The notes beneath the pieces are model-generated. The model made no database searches. It was not told the origin of the DNA and saw only the letters and a program-made list of their open reading frames with translations. A stretch of 63,663 nucleotides of DNA, the filler included, from Octopus bimaculoides (Eukaryota), in the NCBI RefSeq assembly GCF_001194135.2. It is 5 parts of 4 records of this genome, joined end to end, with 100 filler letters (N's around TTAATTAATTAA, not from the genome) between each part and the next. Parts side by side here need not be neighbours in the genome. Positions count along the whole stretch, not along the records: positions 1 to 22,921 come from NC_068989.1; positions 23,022 to 42,358 come from NC_068984.1; 3 more parts are not named here. One strand, 5' to 3'. The position numbers and the translations under genes are program-made. This document shows, piece after piece, positions 22,792-35,689 of this stretch (positions are counted from its first letter, which is position 1; each line of letters opens with the position of its first letter).

Positions 22792-23039
22792 TTAAATAAG
22801 TCAAGATTAAACCAGTTAATAAGTTGATTAAACCAGTCAAGAAGCAAGTTCGATTTAATCAACTGTTCCCCTCACTCATCTCAAGACTTGTGCTTTTGCT
22901 AGAAACAGCATTTTTGACTTTNNNNNNNNNNNNNNNNNNNNNNNNNNNNNNNNNNNNNNNNNNNNTTAATTAATTAANNNNNNNNNNNNNNNNNNNNNNN
23001 NNNNNNNNNNNNNNNNNNNNNTATATATATATATATATG

Positions 23040-23200
23040 GGAGAATTTACGAAAAAAACAACAGACGAAGACAGGTGGTGTAAACAACAAATGGATATAT
23101 TAGTTTAACGCTCGGGAATAGAGAAAGTCTTGGACGTTTCGATCTACGCTCTTCAACTGAAAGGAACACAGACAGAAATAAGGAGAGAGTATATACGTAC
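23040..23200 (-). mobile_element. Penelope-like terminal repeat remnant with degenerate hammerhead-like core
   Basis: Minus strand cagttgaagagcgtagatcgaaacgtc (about 23133-23159). Confidence 0.4.
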
Positions 23201-23219
23201 ATACATACATACATATATA

Positions 23220-23382
23220 CGACGGGCTTCTTTCAGTTTCCGTCTACCAAATCCACTCACAAGGCTTTGGTCGACCCGAGGCTATAGTAGATGACACTTG
23301 CCCAAGATGCCACGCAATGGGACTGAACCCGGAACCATGTGGTTGGTAAGCAAGCTAATTACCACACAACCACTCCTGCATC
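23220..23382 (-). mobile_element. SINE family B 5' fragment
   Basis: Reverse complement of family-B head; similar fragments at 21245-21375, 49368-49520, 61524-61640. Confidence 0.8.
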
Positions 23383-23395
23383 TATGTAAATGTTT

Positions 23396-23426
<31 letters not shown>

Positions 23427-23639
23427 TTATAACCCCCGACAATGCAAATTTTAAGATATAATGAAAGTTCATGGTCTGTACTTTTACGCTGTATTCCAAC
23501 ATTTAGGGGTCGGAACCAATTCTTCAGGAAACAATTTCTCCGAAGATTCCATGCAGAAAGGGTTCAAGCAAATTAAAAGTACAAACCATCGACTTGTATT
23601 GTTTCTTATAACTTGCATTGTTTTAGCTTGTGAAAAAAT

Positions 23640-23681
<42 letters not shown>

Positions 23682-24627
23682 GCACACACACACACATATA
23701 TACAGACTTACGCAGTCACGTACCTGTGTGTGTATATATACATGAATATAGCTATATATATATGTTTGTATGTGTGTGTATGTTTGTATGTGTGTGTGTG
23801 CGTGTGTGTGTGTGTGTGAGAGAGAGCAGTCAGACTGGTGTTTCTGATTTTCCAAACAACTGACTGCCCATTACTTATATAATTCTCATCATAGAAATTC
23901 TAATAACTTACACACACACACACACACACAACCGTTTACTCTTCCAATATGCAATGAGTCGCAAAAAAAAAGAAAAAACAAAAACAGTCAGTAATGACAG
24001 AAGAAAAAAAAATATGATGTTTTTATTTTTTTTTTCAGATTCTGGAAAAGACAGTTTTTCAATCTTCTCCAACTTCTCTCACCAGGGGAATTTTCCTAAC
24101 AGTTTCTCTTTTCTCAAAACTAATTCGTTGTTTTGAACGAGNNNNNNNNNNNNNNNNNNNNNNNNNNNNNNNNNNNNNNNNNNNNNNNNNNNNNNNNNNN
24201 NNNNNNNNNNNNNNNNNNNNNNNNNNNNNNNNNNNNNNNNNNNNNNNNNNNNNNNNNNNNNNNNNNNNNNNNNNNNNNNNNNNNNNNNNNNNNNNNNNNN
24301 NNNNNNNNNNNNNNNNNNNNNNNNNNNNNNNNNNNNNNNNNNNNNNNNNNNNNNNNNNNNNNNNNNNNNNNNNNNNNNNNNNNNNNNNNNNNNNNNNNNN
24401 NNNNNNNNNNNNNNNNNNNNNNNNNNNNNNNNNNNNNNNNNNNNNNNNNNNNNNNNNNNNNNNNNNNNNNNNNNNNNNNNNNNNNNNNNNNNNNNNNNNN
24501 NNNNNNNNNNNNNNNNNNNNNNNNNNNNNNNNNNNNNNNNNNNNNNNNNNNNNNNNNNNNNNNNNNNNNNNNNNNNNNNNNNNNNNNNNNNNNNNNNNNN
24601 NNNNNNNNNNNNNNNNNNNNNNNNNNN

Positions 24628-25101
24628 TCTCTTCATCTCCCCTCCTCTCTCTCTCTCCCGCCCCTTTTCTCTGTTTTGCATGTTCTTACCTCTTTGCTTC
24701 TCTCTCCTCTCCCAACCTCCCTCCCTCTCTTTCTCATTTTCTTAATATTACTTTCTTCCTCTTTTATTCACTTTTTCATTCACTCTTCTTTTGCTCAGCC
24801 TCCCAGGCGTTCATTCATTCTTTCTTTCTTTCTTCGTCTCTCTCTCTCCCTCTCTCTCTCTCTCTCTTCCTCTCCCCCTCTCTCTCTCTCTCTCTCTCAT
24901 GCTCTCTTTCTTTCATTTCACTTTCCTTACAGCTCTCTTTTTAAAACTTTACTCCCTATTTGTCATTTCTTCTTTATTCACTCCCAAACAGCACAACTCC
25001 CTCCGCGTCTAACTTCTCCCTATTTAACTTCTTTCTTATCTATCTATCTATCTATTTTTCCTTTCTCATTCATTCTTTCTTTCTTCCTTTCTTTCTTTCT
25101 C

Positions 25102-25169
<68 letters not shown>

Positions 25170-25363
25170 TCATTACTTTCATTGCTTTTTCTATTCTTTC
25201 CTTCTTTCTTTCTTTCCTTCTTTCCTTCTTTCTTTCTTTCCTTCTTTCCTTCTTTCTTTCTTTCTTTCTTTCTTTCCTTCTTTATTTCTTTCTTCCTTTC
25301 TTTCTTTCATTACTTTCATTGCTTTTTCTGTTCTTTCTTTCTTTCTTTCTTTCTTTCTTTCCT

Positions 25364-25399
<36 letters not shown>

Positions 25400-26018
25400 T
25401 CCTTCTTTATTTCTTTCTTTCTTTCTTTCTTCCTTCCTCTCTCTCGCTCTTTCACAAACTTCTCTGCACTTGTATGTATTACTTCCTCCTCAAAATTTTA
25501 CNNNNNNNNNNNNNNNNNNNNNNNNNNNNNNNNNNNNNNNNNNNNNNNNNNNNNNNNNNNNNNNNNNNNNNNNNNNNNNNNNNNNNNNNNNNNNNNNNNN
25601 NNNNNNNNNNNNNNNNNNNNNNNNNNNNNNNNNNNNNNNNNNNNNNNNNNNNNNNNNNNNNNNNNNNNNNNNNNNNNNNNNNNNNNNNNNNNNNNNNNNN
25701 NNNNNNNNNNNNNNNNNNNNNNNNNNNNNNNNNNNNNNNNNNNNNNNNNNNNNNNNNNNNNNNNNNNNNNNNNNNNNNNNNNNNNNNNNNNNNNNNNNNN
25801 NNNNNNNNNNNNNNNNNNNNNNNNNNNNNNNNNNNNNNNNNNNNNNNNNNNNNNNNNNNNNNNNNNNNNNNNNNNNNNNNNNNNNNNNNNNNNNNNNNNN
25901 NNNNNNNNNNNNNNNNNNNNNNNNNNNNNNNNNNNNNNNNNNNNNNNNNNNNNNNNNNNNNNNNNNNNNNNNNNNNNNNNNNNNNNNNNNNNNNNNNNNN
26001 NNNNNNNNNNNNNNNNNN

Positions 26019-26054
<36 letters not shown>

Positions 26055-27789
26055 CATCTGCCCCCCCCCCGCCATCCATCTCCATCATATTGCAGCTGCA
26101 TCACTTGTTGAAATGTTTCTCATGTTTATAACAAAGAAATGTGTTTTGATTTCCGTTCTTGCAAAAAGCAGCCGACATTTGATAATTTACCGCGCATCCA
26201 TTTCTGACAGACGACACATACTGAAATAACAGCCACGGCTCTGCTTTTATTGCTTGACACTGTAAACTCCCTTATTCTCATTCTCCCCATCTGCTTCGTC
26301 CTCCACCTTTTCACTCGCTTCTTCATTCCCCTACCCCGCCCACCTTCCATTCCATCATCTTATCCAACCTCCTTCTCTTTCTCCCTTTCCTCAACCCTTC
26401 TTCTTCTTCTCATCCACTTCTATATCATCATCATCATCATCATTATCATCATCAACATCATCAGCACCACCTTCTTTTTCTTCTTCTTCTCCTCCTCGTT
26501 CTTCTTCTTCTTTTTCTTCTTCTTCTCCTCCTCGTTCTTCTTCTTCTTCTTCTTTTTCTTCTTCTTCTTCTTCTTCTCCTCCTCCTCCTCCTCCTCCTTC
26601 TTCTTCTTCTCCTCCTCCTCCTCCTACTCCTTCTTCTTCTTCTCCTCCTCCTCCTCCTCCTTCTTCTTCTTCTTTTTCTTCTTCTTTTTCTTCTTCTTCT
26701 TTTTCTTCTTCTTCTTCTTTTTCTTCTTCTTCTTCTTTTTCTTCTTCTTCTTCCATTTTCTTCTTTNNNNNNNNNNTTCTTCTTCTTCTTCTTCTCCTCC
26801 TCCTCCTCCTCCTCCTTCTTCTTCTTCTCCTCCTCCTCCTCCTACTCCTTCTTCTTCTTCTCCTCCTCCTCCTCCTCCTTCTTCTTCTTCTTTTTCTTCT
26901 TCTTTTTCTTCTTCTTCTTTTTCTTCTTCTTCTTCTTTTTCTTCTTCTTCTTCTTTTTCTTCTTCTTCTTCCATTTTCTTCTTTTTCTTTTTCTTCTTCT
27001 TCTTCTTCTTCTTCTTCGATTTTCTTCTTCTTCTTCTTCTTCTTCTTCTTCTTCGATTTTCTTCTTCTTTTCCTTCTTCTTCTTCTTCTTCTTCTTCTTC
27101 TTTTTCTTCTTCTTCTTCTTCTTCTTCTCCTCCTCCTCCTCCTCCTNNNNNNNNNNTTCTTCTTCTTCTTCTTTTTCTTCTTCTTCTTCTTCTTCTTCTC
27201 CTCCTCCTCCTCCTCCTCCTCCTCCTTCTTCTTCTTCTTCTTCTTCTTCTTCTTCCATCATTACTTCATTCTTATTTCTTTTCTTCCACCTTTATTTCTA
27301 TTCCTATTTCTATTTATCTAATATTTTATCTCCTCTTTTATTTCCCTCATTTCTTTTTTCTTCTTTTCTTTCTTTCTTCCATCACATCTCCCCGTCTCTT
27401 CTTCTTTAAGTCCATTCTCTTCATTGACCATATTTCGCGTCTTCAATTCTCCCGAAACACATAAAACCAGGAAGAGACTGACAAAAGCTTTTAACACTTG
27501 TCAAAGTCTTCACACGCTTCTAAGAATATCCTCTTCTTCTCAACCACCAATCAATCTTTCTACCCACATTTCTCCCCCTCTTTCTTTCATGTGTGTGTGT
27601 CTGTGTGTGCGTGTGTGTGAGTGTGCATGTGTGTATGTATGATATATGTACATACACACATACACGCTCATGCATGCATGAACGTGGATATGCTTATATG
27701 TATTTGTAAATACATACATACATACATACATACACACACACACGTTCACGCACGCACACACACATATATACATATATATATATACATAC

Positions 27790-27865
<76 letters not shown>

Positions 27866-28302
27866 GCATACATACATATATATATATGCATACATACACA
27901 CAAATATGCATATATATATATATATATATATATGTGCCTGTGTATGTGTGTGTGTGCGCGCGCATGCGCATGGCGTGGGATGTAAGATTGTATGCTTTTA
28001 TGTATGTGATTAAAAATAGCTATTTATACACTCGAGCACACATACACACACATAAGTAAAAGTGTATGTGTGTGTGAGTGTGTGTGTATGTATATGTTGA
28101 CGTGTATATATATACATACATATAAATTTATGCACACACATATAGAGGAAGACAAACACACACACGCACAAATATATATACATACATGCATACATACATG
28201 TATACACATATATATATACATATATATACATATACATATACACATATATATACATACACACATATATATACATATATATATACATATATAAATATATATA
28301 TA

Positions 28303-28353
<51 letters not shown>

Positions 28354-28900
28354 TTATATATGTATATATATACATATATGATATACTTTTTGTTACTAAC
28401 TCAGCATTGGATGGTCAACGTACGTTTGCATTCTCAAAAAAAAGTGAAACGTGCCAATGGAAAGAGAATTCATACAAGAGACAATAAGAATGAGAGTGTA
28501 CATCCGTGTGTGTGTGTGTGTGTGCGTGTGTGTGTGTGTGTGTGTGAAGAATGAGTATGCGTGTGTGTTTAGACAGAGACAAATACAAGAGGCATGAATT
28601 CGTGTACTTTCATCGTACGTGAATGTGTGTGAGTGTGCATGCGTGTGTGTGCATGTGTGTGTGAGTGTGCATGCGTGTGTATGTGTGAGAGAGAGCGTGT
28701 GTGTGTATGTTACTTATATATATACTACATGCACACACACACACATACACACATAGACTCAGGCATATTGCTACATAAACACAAGAAGCACGCATACATA
28801 CACATGCATTACACATGTATATTTATGTGTGTGAGTTTTGCTTATGTATGTATACGTACATATATGTATGTGTGTATGTATACATGTGTGTGCACGTACA
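24628..28900. repeat. Simple-repeat-dominated block: (CT)n, (CTTT)n, (CTT/CCT)n, (TA)n, (CA)n
   Basis: Directly visible; it generates the poly-S/F/L/E/K and YI/CV pseudo-ORFs. Confidence 0.95.
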
Positions 28901-29164
28901 GTAAAAATTTATTCTAAGCTGAAACTTCACAAAGTGAAACTTAAAATATCACGTCTTATCTATTGTCAGGCACGAGACAATGATTCAAACATCTTGTGCA
29001 TGTTTACAAAAAAAAAAAAAAANNNNNNNNNNAAAAAAAAAAAAAAAAAAATGCCTAGACCTAAGCAAAAAAATAAATAATAAAAATGAAATTATAAAAT
29101 CAATAAAAATTGCAGAATATATTCATTAATAATAGAAAACCATACAACAGTCTGAAGTTAAGCC

Positions 29165-29430
29165 ACCAGACGTTTTGACATAGTTCAACAGAAAATTGCA
29201 GATTTTTGTAACGTATTACTTTCTGTAATAAAACATGTTTGCTTATTATGAGACAGTTCGAAGTTTTAAAGTATATTTCAAATATTTTGATTTACGTTAG
29301 TTCTGAATGGTTGTTTTTGATATAACAAGTTTTATAGAACAAAATATTCCTCTTTTCTGTATGACAAAGATCACAGCTATCATTACCCGGTTTACAAGCT
29401 TTCTCCAGTAACTTCCAAAAAATGTTGTAG
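29165..29430 (-). mobile_element. Penelope-like element 3' end (GIY-YIG C-terminus plus degenerate hammerhead motif)
   Basis: YNIFWKLLEKACKPGNDSCDLCHTEKRNIL...NNHSEL fits the PLE C-x-L-C-x-x-EK / NKRSEL tail; downstream ctgttgaactatgtcaaaacgtc at 29168-29191. Confidence 0.72.
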
Positions 29431-30359
29431 NNNNNNNNNNNNNNNNNNNNNNNNNNNNNNNNNNNNNNNNNNNNNNNNNNNNNNNNNNNNNNNNNNNNNN
29501 NNNNNNNNNNNNNNNNNNNNNNNNNNNNNNNNNNNNNNNNNNNNNNNNNNNNNNNNNNNNNNNNNNNNNNNNNNNNNNNNNNNNNNNNNNNNNNNNNNNN
29601 NNNNNNNNNNNNNNNNNNNNNNNNNNNNNNNNNNNNNNNNNNNNNNNNNNNNNNNNNNNNNNNNNNNNNNNNNNNNNNNNNNNNNNNNNNNNNNNNNNNN
29701 NNNNNNNNNNNNNNNNNNNNNNNNNNNNNNNNNNNNNNNNNNNNNNNNNNNNNNNNNNNNNNNNNNNNNNNNNNNNNNNNNNNNNNNNNNNNNNNNNNNN
29801 NNNNNNNNNNNNNNNNNNNNNNNNNNNNNNNNNNNNNNNNNNNNNNNNNNNNNNNNNNNNNNNNNNNNNNNNNNNNNNNNNNNNNNNNNNNNNNNNNNNN
29901 NNNNNNNNNNNNNNNNNNNNNNNNNNNNNNNNNNNNNNNNNNNNNNNNNNNNNNNNNNNNNNNNNNNNNNNNNNNNNNNNNNNNNNNNNNNNNNNNNNNN
30001 NNNNNNNNNNNNNNNNNNNNNNNNNNNNNNNNNNNNNNNNNNNNNNNNNNNNNNNNNNNNNNNNNNNNNNNNNNNNNNNNNNNNNNNNNNNNNNNNNNNN
30101 NNNNNNNNNNNNNNNNNNNNNNNNNNNNNNNNNNNNNNNNNNNNNNNNNNNNNNNNNNNNNNNNNNNNNNNNNNNNNNNNNNNNNNNNNNNNNNNNNNNN
30201 NNNNNNNNNNNNNNNNNNNNNNNNNNNNNNNNNNNNNNNNNNNNNNNNNNNNNNNNNNNNNNNNNNNNNNNNNNNNNNNNNNNNNNNNNNNNNNNNNNNN
30301 NNNNNNNNNNNNNNNNNNTTAGTCCGGCGTGCTAACAACGATTCCTCCAGCTCACCACT

Positions 30360-30720
<361 letters not shown>

Positions 30721-30729
30721 TAATAATTC

Positions 30730-31140
30730 TTTATTACTAGCTCCGCACACAAAACAAAAATGCCGATACAAAAGAAAGGACAATGAGGCTTTATATAAAA
30801 CCCTTGTAAGCAATAAAATAATAACAATTAACAATAAAATATCAAACAATAAAAAGTTCCCCAAAAGTGGGAACACCACTCAGGGGCACAAGGAACTTTA
30901 CACATCTTGGACATCTCGATAGCTAAGAGCATCCCAGGCTGAGCCCCTTTCTGCTTCTTGCCCTCCGATCTACAGGCGCATACTCAGAGTAGGCCCATTC
31001 ACACAGGTCAGCCTTGTTACATTTACCGACCTTTCAACAAAAATACGGAGTGGCGGGGACTGCCACTCCATCAGCACTTTTCTCTCCGGATAGAATTTGA
31101 AAAAGTCAATGAAGGAAAGTTATCCTGTCTCCAGCTCTTT
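30730..31140 (-). mobile_element. Tx1-clade LINE extreme 3' end with 3' UTR
   Basis: Minus frame LIDFFKFYPERKVLMEWQS...FVERSVNVTRLTCVNGPTLSMRL*, matching the Tx1 C-terminus at 9695-9830. Confidence 0.7.
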
Positions 31141-31322
31141 CTGTCTCGTCCGCTACACTATCGCTTTCGCCAAAGGATGAAAGCATTAACACGTACGATT
31201 TTGTCTTGGTGTAAAAGACAGGCTACAGCAAATATTCTGCTCAAGACCACAGGTTTGCTTGTCAGTTGTTTGACCTTAACCAGTTCAGCATGTTCCTGTC
31301 CCTTAGTGGCTGATGGTATGTG

Positions 31323-31552
31323 CTATTTCTTTACTACCCACAAGGGGCTACGCACAGAGGGGACAACCAAGGACAGACAAACGGATTAAGTTGTTTACAT
31401 CGACCCCAGTGCGTAACTGGTACTTATTTAATCGACCGCAAAAGGATGAAAGGCAAAGTCGACCTCGGCGGAATTTGAACTCAGAACGTAACAGCAGACG
31501 AAATACCGCTAAGCATTTCGCCCGGCGCGCTAACGTTTCTGCCAGCTCGCCG
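31323..31552 (-). mobile_element. SINE family C inserted into a family-F repeat
   Basis: Family-F sequence on both sides; flanking ctgatggtatgtg / ctgattgtatgtg TSD-like pair. Confidence 0.85.
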
Positions 31553-31719
31553 ACTGATTGTATGTGCATCTCTGATCACAGCAGGAGTAGTTGAGACAGC
31601 ACTGGATTAACCATTAAACAAAATAAGCACGTGCTTAGGGCATCAAGGGAAGGAGGGGACACCACAGAAATGGTAAATGGTTTACGGCACAAAAGAAATC
31701 GCTTTAAACTTGCTAAAGT

Positions 31720-31846
31720 AATATTCGGAATGCCTTTATCTCTACTAAGTATAGATGCAGATGTGTTACCTAAGATTAATTTTAAGGATCTGATCAAAGA
31801 CTTTGCAATTCAAAAAAGCAAGACGAAACTTTTCAAATATAAATAA
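31720..31846 (+). mobile_element. hAT (ZMYM1/Tip100-type) transposase C-terminal remnant
   Basis: LSLLSIDADVLPKINFKDLIKDFAIQKSK* resembles the LAILSIE...IDFDDIIDDFA..KAR tail. Confidence 0.6.
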
Positions 31847-32149
31847 AGTGGAAGTATACAAAAATAAACATTATTTTCTCTCTTACCGTTTTGTTTCGTT
31901 TTGAAAAATANNNNNNNNNNNNNNNNNNNNNNNNNNNNNNNNNNNNNNNNNNNNNNNNNNNNNNNNNNNNNNNNNNNNNNNNNNNNNNNNNNNNNNNNNN
32001 NNNNNNNNNNNNNNNNNNNNNNNNNNNNNNNNNNNNNNNNNNNNNNNNNNNNNNNNNNNNNNNNGGAAACATCGATAAACTACCTGCATCTTAGTCTTAT
32101 AATCTGTAAATATGTGCAAGGGTTAATAAAAAATAACTTTTATAACTTA

Positions 32150-32869
32150 CCATTGCAGTGAGATACATGAGCTTTATGGGAAGAAAAGAGGTTTTGGATA
32201 TTAGTTGGAATAGTAGATATTTTCAAGTTTCCACGTTTCGATGTCTTTAAGTTTAGCATTGCTGAAAAAGATGCTTCGCAAAAGTATATAGTAAAAAGCT
32301 GCAAAACAATTTGTAAAGCCTTTTTTTTTTTTTTTTTTAGCTTGGTTTGGATGCTTTTTTGAAACATGAATCCAAAAGTTCTGTAAGTTCCCCTCTTCAT
32401 AAAACAGTAACAGACACCGATCATTCTTGATTTCGGCTAGTTCTTCTTCGGTAAGCCCGCGAGACCGACGAACAAGGGTCAAGTGTGGCATGAGTTTAAT
32501 GTGATTTCATAATAATTAGTTCACCCTTAGTAATGCTTAATACCAGCATAGGTGAACAATAACTTTTGGCAATTTGAAATAGGTGAGGATTTGAAAATCA
32601 TTAATCGATTTTCAATTTACTCTCAATATGTTAATTCTTTTACATTGAATAAAATATAATGAAAAATCCCGTCTCCAAACATTAAGTGGGAAACGATAGC
32701 CGGTAGGTACATGCATTGATGTGTTCGCTATGCTAACAAACAGGTTCTGAAAAGCTGAAACAAATTGGTATTGGATATTTTATATATTGGTTTCCCATTC
32801 GTTTGTGACACACCTACGCCCTGCTGGTGACACACTAATGTGTCGCGACACACAGTTTGGAAAACATTG
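32150..32869 (-). mobile_element. hAT Charlie/Buster-type element, internally deleted
   Basis: Terminus caatgttttccaaactgtgtgtcgcgacac at 32869; C-terminal EELAEIKNDR...FWIHVSKKHP...ALQIVLQLFTIYFCEASFSAMLNLKT...KAHVSH*. Confidence 0.85.
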
Positions 32870-32899
32870 CGATAGAGAGTTTGAAAGTTCTACTCGCAG

Positions 32900-34690
32900 T
32901 AGAGAAACAGTTAATAAGCCCTTGTGCTTCTTTGACAGATGTTGCAACAGGTGCAGCAGCATTTAGCAAATAAGAAGTCACGTATTATTGCCATTCGGAC
33001 AAGTGTTTTGGCTTTAAAGCATTGATGATTGAAGGGGCCGCCACTGGTACAGAATTGAAATTGTACACCTGAATCGAGATTGCCATAAGCATGGTGCAGC
33101 ATGAATGGAAAGAACTGGGGTCATGACACGTCGCTGTTTTGTGTTGTTCTGAAAGTCAAGAGTCTGAAAGTTGACCGTTTGATAAATCAAATGCTTTCGC
33201 GCCTGTATGAAAAGAAATGGTGGCATTTATCATTTTATCATGTATACCATTTTATTTATTTTTTATTTAACTCTCCACAAAGGGTTTCTGTTATCAATGT
33301 CGAATGCTTTTGTGAGCTGTATAAAATACATTCAAGTTTAACGAAATGATCATGTCAGTGTAACACGACCTGATTTGAACCCACGTTATGAATTAGGAAA
33401 GATGTTATTGATAACATGCCTGATAAGCTGTTAAGAATTTCTCTTGCCAGGATTTTATCTGCAATACACAGGGGAGAGATACCACGTGAGTCATCGCAGA
33501 CAACTGTTTACCTCTTGCTTTTGAAGAGATGCTTGATGGATGCACCCTGGCAGCCTTGTGTTACATGTCCAAATCTTCTGATGACTTCAAAAAGCTGAAA
33601 ACACTTGAATCTACTTGAAGATTTCGAATGGTATATCATCCTTGCCAGGGGTTCAGTTGATGACATTTGCTTTATGGTATCTTCAACTTTCTTTAAACAT
33701 GATTCAAGCGACAACTCCAAGATTTTTAGCTTTTAAGGAATGAAATCAGTTGCATTATCATTGACGACAAAGTTGGAATTAAGAATTACTTCAAAATGCT
33801 CCTTCCATCGGCATAGAGAAAGATTCTTTGAGTCAGAAGAGTGTGATCACCAGAAGACAAAACAAGAGATGAACCATTTTCCAGGGGTCCAAATACTTTT
33901 CTGAGATCGTCGAAAGCTTTTGAGTCTTTCTTGTTCGCTTCCTCCAGGAGTTCGCAGTCTTAGATGACCACCAAGCCTCTTTCATTCTTCAGAGTGAAGT
34001 TTGCACCTGTTTTTTGCGTTTTTTATGCACGTTATTTTTTATATTAGAGTGTTTACCATAGATCCAGGCTTTATGCGAATCATGCATCATGTCATCAAAC
34101 CAACCTTGATACTTCCACAAAGGGAGGTCCAATACCTCTGAGGAAGTGTTGTAGATAATGTTTCTGAGGGATTTCCAAGATGATTCGATACCATCAGTTA
34201 TTTACATTCAAATAGGAAAGATTTCAAGTCGATCAGATAACTCTTTCTTAATGTGGCTGGATTTCAATGTCAAAACAGTGATGCGTTTCGGAATCGACGA
34301 ATTGGTTATAAACCTCTTTCGAGCAATGCAGAAAGAATCTTTACTTGGCAAAAGAGTTTGATTTGAAAGATAACAAGTGCTGTGAAAGGAACCAAAAGAC
34401 ATTCACGCCAAGTCGCCTCGTGATTATGTATTCGATCATACACTACTTAATCAATGATATAACACTTTCTTTGGTTCTTCGTTGGCTGGTAGAAAGAGTT
34501 GAGGAATTCAAGGTCAAATTCACTGCAAAGTGAAAGAAGACGTAGGTCACCTGCGCTCAATCGCCCCACTTCACGCAAACCAAGAATATTAGGCCATATT
34601 TGATAGTTAGCACCCACTCGAGCATTGAATCTTCCATCAAAACAAGTTTGTTCCTATGCTGAATCTTCGAGATGGCTGTACTAAGTTACT
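32900..34690 (-). mobile_element. RTE (BovB-like) LINE, degenerate endonuclease plus RT
   Basis: GRFNARVGANYQIWPNILG, LRLLSLCSEFDL, DSRGISPLCIADKILA, FIQLTKAFD, RDFLFAKC (decayed FADD); many stops and frameshifts. Confidence 0.85.
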
Positions 34691-34752
34691 CATAGAATTT
34701 ATATTACTCTTGCTCTGTGGCAGATATACTTAGAACGAGATATACTTACAAA

Positions 34753-34968
34753 GGCGGCGAGCTGGTAGAAACGTTAGCGCGCCGGGCGAAATGCTTAGCG
34801 GTATTTCGTCTGTATTTACGTTCTGAGTTCAAATTCCGCCGAGGTCGACTTTGTCTTTCATACTTTCGGGGTCGATAAATTAAGTACCAGTTACGCACTG
34901 GGCTCGATGTGATCGACTTAATACTTTTGTCTGTCATTGTTTAGCCCCTTGTGGGCAATAAAGAAATA
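34753..34968 (+). mobile_element. SINE family C, young copy with TSD
   Basis: agatatacttagaacg at 34722-34737 and 34969-34984. Confidence 0.88.
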
Positions 34969-34999
34969 AGATATACTTAGAACGTAACGACTATATAAG

Positions 35000-35520
35000 G
35001 ATGGTAGATCTAGTGTTTTGATTGATTTCCAAGTCATCAAAAGCTATTTATGTAAGGTTTATGGGATATATGTTTGTTCTAATTGTTGTTGCTATTTAAC
35101 CCCATATCATCCCTCTTAAAAGATGTTCCAGTCAGGTTCCAGTCCTCCTCTGATTCTTTTAAATTGCTCAATCGAGTTCAGAGACGAGATTTTAACATGG
35201 TGGGTTCTTTTCTTTCGACTAGGTGGCAGTTTTTGTTTCATCGTCGAAATTTATCCGCGTTGTATTTTTTCTATAAGTATTCCATGTTCATTGCTCTTAT
35301 TGGTGTAATTCTTTGGCCTAGTACCCTCTGTCAAGATCTTTAAATGTGACATCAATTCCCTTCTCGGGCGCATCATTCCTCTGTTCGTCATAAGACTTTT
35401 AATCTGGCAGCTTCTTTCCTCAAACTACAGCTCTCTGGAACTCATTAACATCGCCTTGTTTTCCTCTGGTTTATGATATTTAGTCCGTTAAGCTTCCACT
35501 TAATCGATATCTTTTGAATT
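35000..35520 (+). mobile_element. CR1/L2/Jockey-group LINE 3' fragment
   Basis: SSDSFKLLNRVQRR...LFHRRNLSALYFFYKY matches the conserved post-RT LLDRVQRRA / LSHRRNVASLCLFYRY motifs. Confidence 0.75.
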
Positions 35521-35689
35521 ATTATAGTTCTCTTTATTACCTTCTTTGTCGCCCCTTGCGCTACAGAGGCCCCACGCATTGTTTGGACAAAATGAGAAAA
35601 GAAAAAGATCAATGTATTATTTCTGAAGAAATCCAACTTGGGAGGTAGTCACAACTACTGAGTTCAGCTCAAGGTGGTTGTTGTTAATA

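Noticed and set aside
22966-22977. TTAATTAATTAA islands within N runs (also 42403-42414, 57041-57052, 61468-61479)
   Set aside because: An identical 12-mer centred in about 100-nt N blocks, with stops in all frames, is an assembly linker and not biological.
24133-26229. Long ORFs made of X, S/F/L or YI/CV runs (698 aa, 474 aa, 422 aa etc.)
   Set aside because: They are products of N gaps and microsatellites; no real coding signal.
26540-27260. Apparent 218-bp duplications in the (CTT)n block, and similar duplications around 10-N gaps (62756-62830)
   Set aside because: They flank minimal 10-N gaps; most likely overlapping contig ends.
27420-27490. Possible BBS5 exon 2 (SLPGFMCFGRIEDAKY)
   Set aside because: Only PG and IEDxK resemble BBS5, the spacing is wrong, the donor is poor, and it lies across a linker.
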